Assembly: GCF_947496515.1 (NCBI RefSeq)
Contig: NZ_CANMDB010000012.1
Coordinates: forward strand, 93,934 to 117,933
Source of the DNA: an uncultured Roseobacter sp.
GTDB taxonomy: Bacteria; Pseudomonadota; Alphaproteobacteria; Rhodobacterales; Rhodobacteraceae
Direction: 5' to 3'
DNA length: 24,000 bases
Shown: positions 22,957 to 24,000 of the stretch, piece by piece
Layout: each line of letters starts with the position of its first letter
How positions within the stretch are numbered: the first letter of the stretch is position 1
Notes under the pieces: model-generated
What the model saw: only the letters and a program-made list of their open reading frames with translations
What the model was told of the DNA's origin: nothing
Databases searched by the model: none
Translations under genes and position numbers: made by a program

Positions 22957-23315
22957 CCAAGGGCTAATTTCCCCTGGCCCGTTGGGCCATTCATCGCGAA
23001 ACAAATTAGCCCTTGGCCGCGCCACCCATATCCCGCAGACGAGGCCTTGCGCGACCGACCGACGGCTGACGAGCAAGCCAGCAGACGAAGCACCTGTGAT
23101 CGACCGGCTTAAATCGAGGCCGCGGTGCGGCCAAGGTTATTATTGCCCGCCAAGGCGGGCGTGCGCTCCCTCTCTCCGGCATCAAAGCAAGACCATCAAG
23201 CGCCTGATTGCAAACGGTTTATTCGTCATTTTGTCAAATAAATCAGTAGGTTGAGAGGCGCTTGTAATGTAGTATGGGAGCAGCAGAAAGAGGAAGGGAC
23301 AGCACCATGACAGCC
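22957..23315 (+). repeat. Structured leader module, copy B, upstream of the 23307 gene cluster
   Basis: Outer IR CCAAGGGCTAATTT (22957-22970) / AAATTAGCCCTTGG (23003-23016) with inner hairpin GGCCC-gtt-GGGCC. The same ordered conserved blocks as copy A follow (23046, 23145, 23232, 23288), through accatgacagcc (23304-23315). Confidence 0.8.
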
Positions 23316-23654
23316 CAAGTTGAGGTCCTGAATGCCAACACACCCGAGTACTGGATCGACGTCAAAGAAAGGGCCAGAACACGGAAGGTAGATGCGTTGA
23401 TTGCAGACGGTCTGCGGAGATTGCGGGTCAGTTCCGTCTATGAGCAGTACGTCATGGATCAGCTTGAGGTCATCCGAGGCGCAGCGCAGAAGACCGGTAT
23501 TCTGAACGAGCCCGATGCTTATCTTGCGCTGAAACAGCGGTACGCCAAGACGCTCGGCCTGCCTGAGCTTCTGGAAGACGAACAGACCACGGCGCGGTTT
23601 TGCGAGGAAGCGGTCGCAGACGCCTACACAGCTCTCTACGGAGAAGCCCTATGA
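23307..23654 (+). CDS. Hypothetical protein (115 aa)
   Basis: ATG 23307 lies behind gaggaaggg (the alternative start is 23274). MTAQVEVLNANTPEYWIDVKERARTRKVDALIADGLRRL... No family recognised. Confidence 0.6.
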   Translation: MTAQVEVLNANTPEYWIDVKERARTRKVDALIADGLRRLRVSSVYEQYVMDQLEVIRGAAQKTGILNEPDAYLALKQRYAKTLGLPELLEDEQTTARFCEEAVADAYTALYGEAL

Positions 23655-23848
23655 CCTCTTGGGAAAAGAACGCAACCGAGCACCACTCACAAGCCTGCCC
23701 TCAATGCGACGGATACGGTGAAGGGCTAGATGGGCTTTCGATGTGCCTACACTGCGACGGGACAGGATACGTCACAAAGGCAACCCGCTTGCGGATGGAT
23801 AGGACGTTAACTGCTTCAGGCTTCAACTGTTGCGAGACAGCGAAGTGA
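23651..23848 (+). CDS. Small zinc-ribbon protein with two CxxCxGxG (DnaJ CR-type) motifs
   Basis: The ATG overlaps the preceding stop (ATGA). Motifs are CPQCDGYG and CLHCDGTG in MTSWEKNATEHHSQACPQCDGYGEGLDGLSMCLHCDGTGYV. Confidence 0.6.
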   Translation: MTSWEKNATEHHSQACPQCDGYGEGLDGLSMCLHCDGTGYVTKATRLRMDRTLTASGFNCCETAK

Positions 23849-24000
23849 TGACCATCCAGAGAGCCACAAAGGCGGGCGGATGTCGATCCGGCAGTGACGC
23901 ACACGGTGCCGTCATCCATCTGATCGAGGCCGACGAACACCCCTATGAGACCGGAAGCACGAGACCGGCACTCTGCGGGACCTCACCGGCCATCATGTGG
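23848..24000 (+). CDS. Hypothetical protein, 3'-partial (runs off the window)
   Basis: ATG 23848 overlaps the preceding TGA by 1 nt. The frame is open to nt 24000: MTIQRATKAGGCRSGSDAHGAVIHLIEADEHPYETGSTRPALCGTSPAIMW. Confidence 0.4.
   Translation, partial: MTIQRATKAGGCRSGSDAHGAVIHLIEADEHPYETGSTRPALCGTSPAIMW

Noticed and set aside
1-24000. Search for CRISPR arrays, tRNA/rRNA genes, integrase or att sites, reverse transcriptase (retron/DGR) signatures
   Set aside because: I saw no regularly spaced short repeats, no tRNA-like T-arm or acceptor patterns, no tyrosine or serine recombinase and no YxDD-containing ORF in any frame of the track.

Overview
The window looks like accessory DNA (plasmid or integrative element) from a high-GC alphaproteobacterium, probably Rhizobiales-like. 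That placement is inferred from gene content and composition only. From left to right:
- The 3' end of a large RTX Ca2+-binding secreted protein with a near-identical 450-bp tandem duplication.
- A 0.5-kb IS6-family remnant.
- An H-NS-like gene.
- An AT-richer stretch of decayed ORFs.
- A decayed PAPS-reductase-like gene plus a companion ORF.
- A roughly 1030-codon metallophosphoesterase-NACHT/STAND fusion gene, broken by one frameshift at a C-run.
- An IS110-family element whose transposase N-terminus is split by a 40-nt insertion.
- An XRE-HTH/TPR gene interrupted by a single in-frame TAA.
- A divergent TetR/MFS pair.
- Small membrane and hypothetical genes.
- A Phd/YefM-VapC toxin-antitoxin pair translationally coupled to two unknown genes.
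- Conjugative-element-type backbone genes: a TSCPD-like ORF, a DUF2493/SLOG protein, small ORFs and a zinc-ribbon ORF.

The best candidate for an undescribed system is the metallophosphoesterase-STAND protein. It has a single-polypeptide NLR/Avs-like architecture and a lysine-less Walker A. The neighbouring HTH-TPR gene may be related to it.

The second notable signal is a roughly 370-bp structured leader module present twice (about 4843-5220 and 22957-23315). Each copy carries a covarying two-tier hairpin and runs into the start codon of the downstream gene. The two copies bracket the whole cargo segment.

I saw no CRISPR array, rRNA or tRNA. All family assignments come from motif recognition by eye and need HMM or BLAST confirmation.
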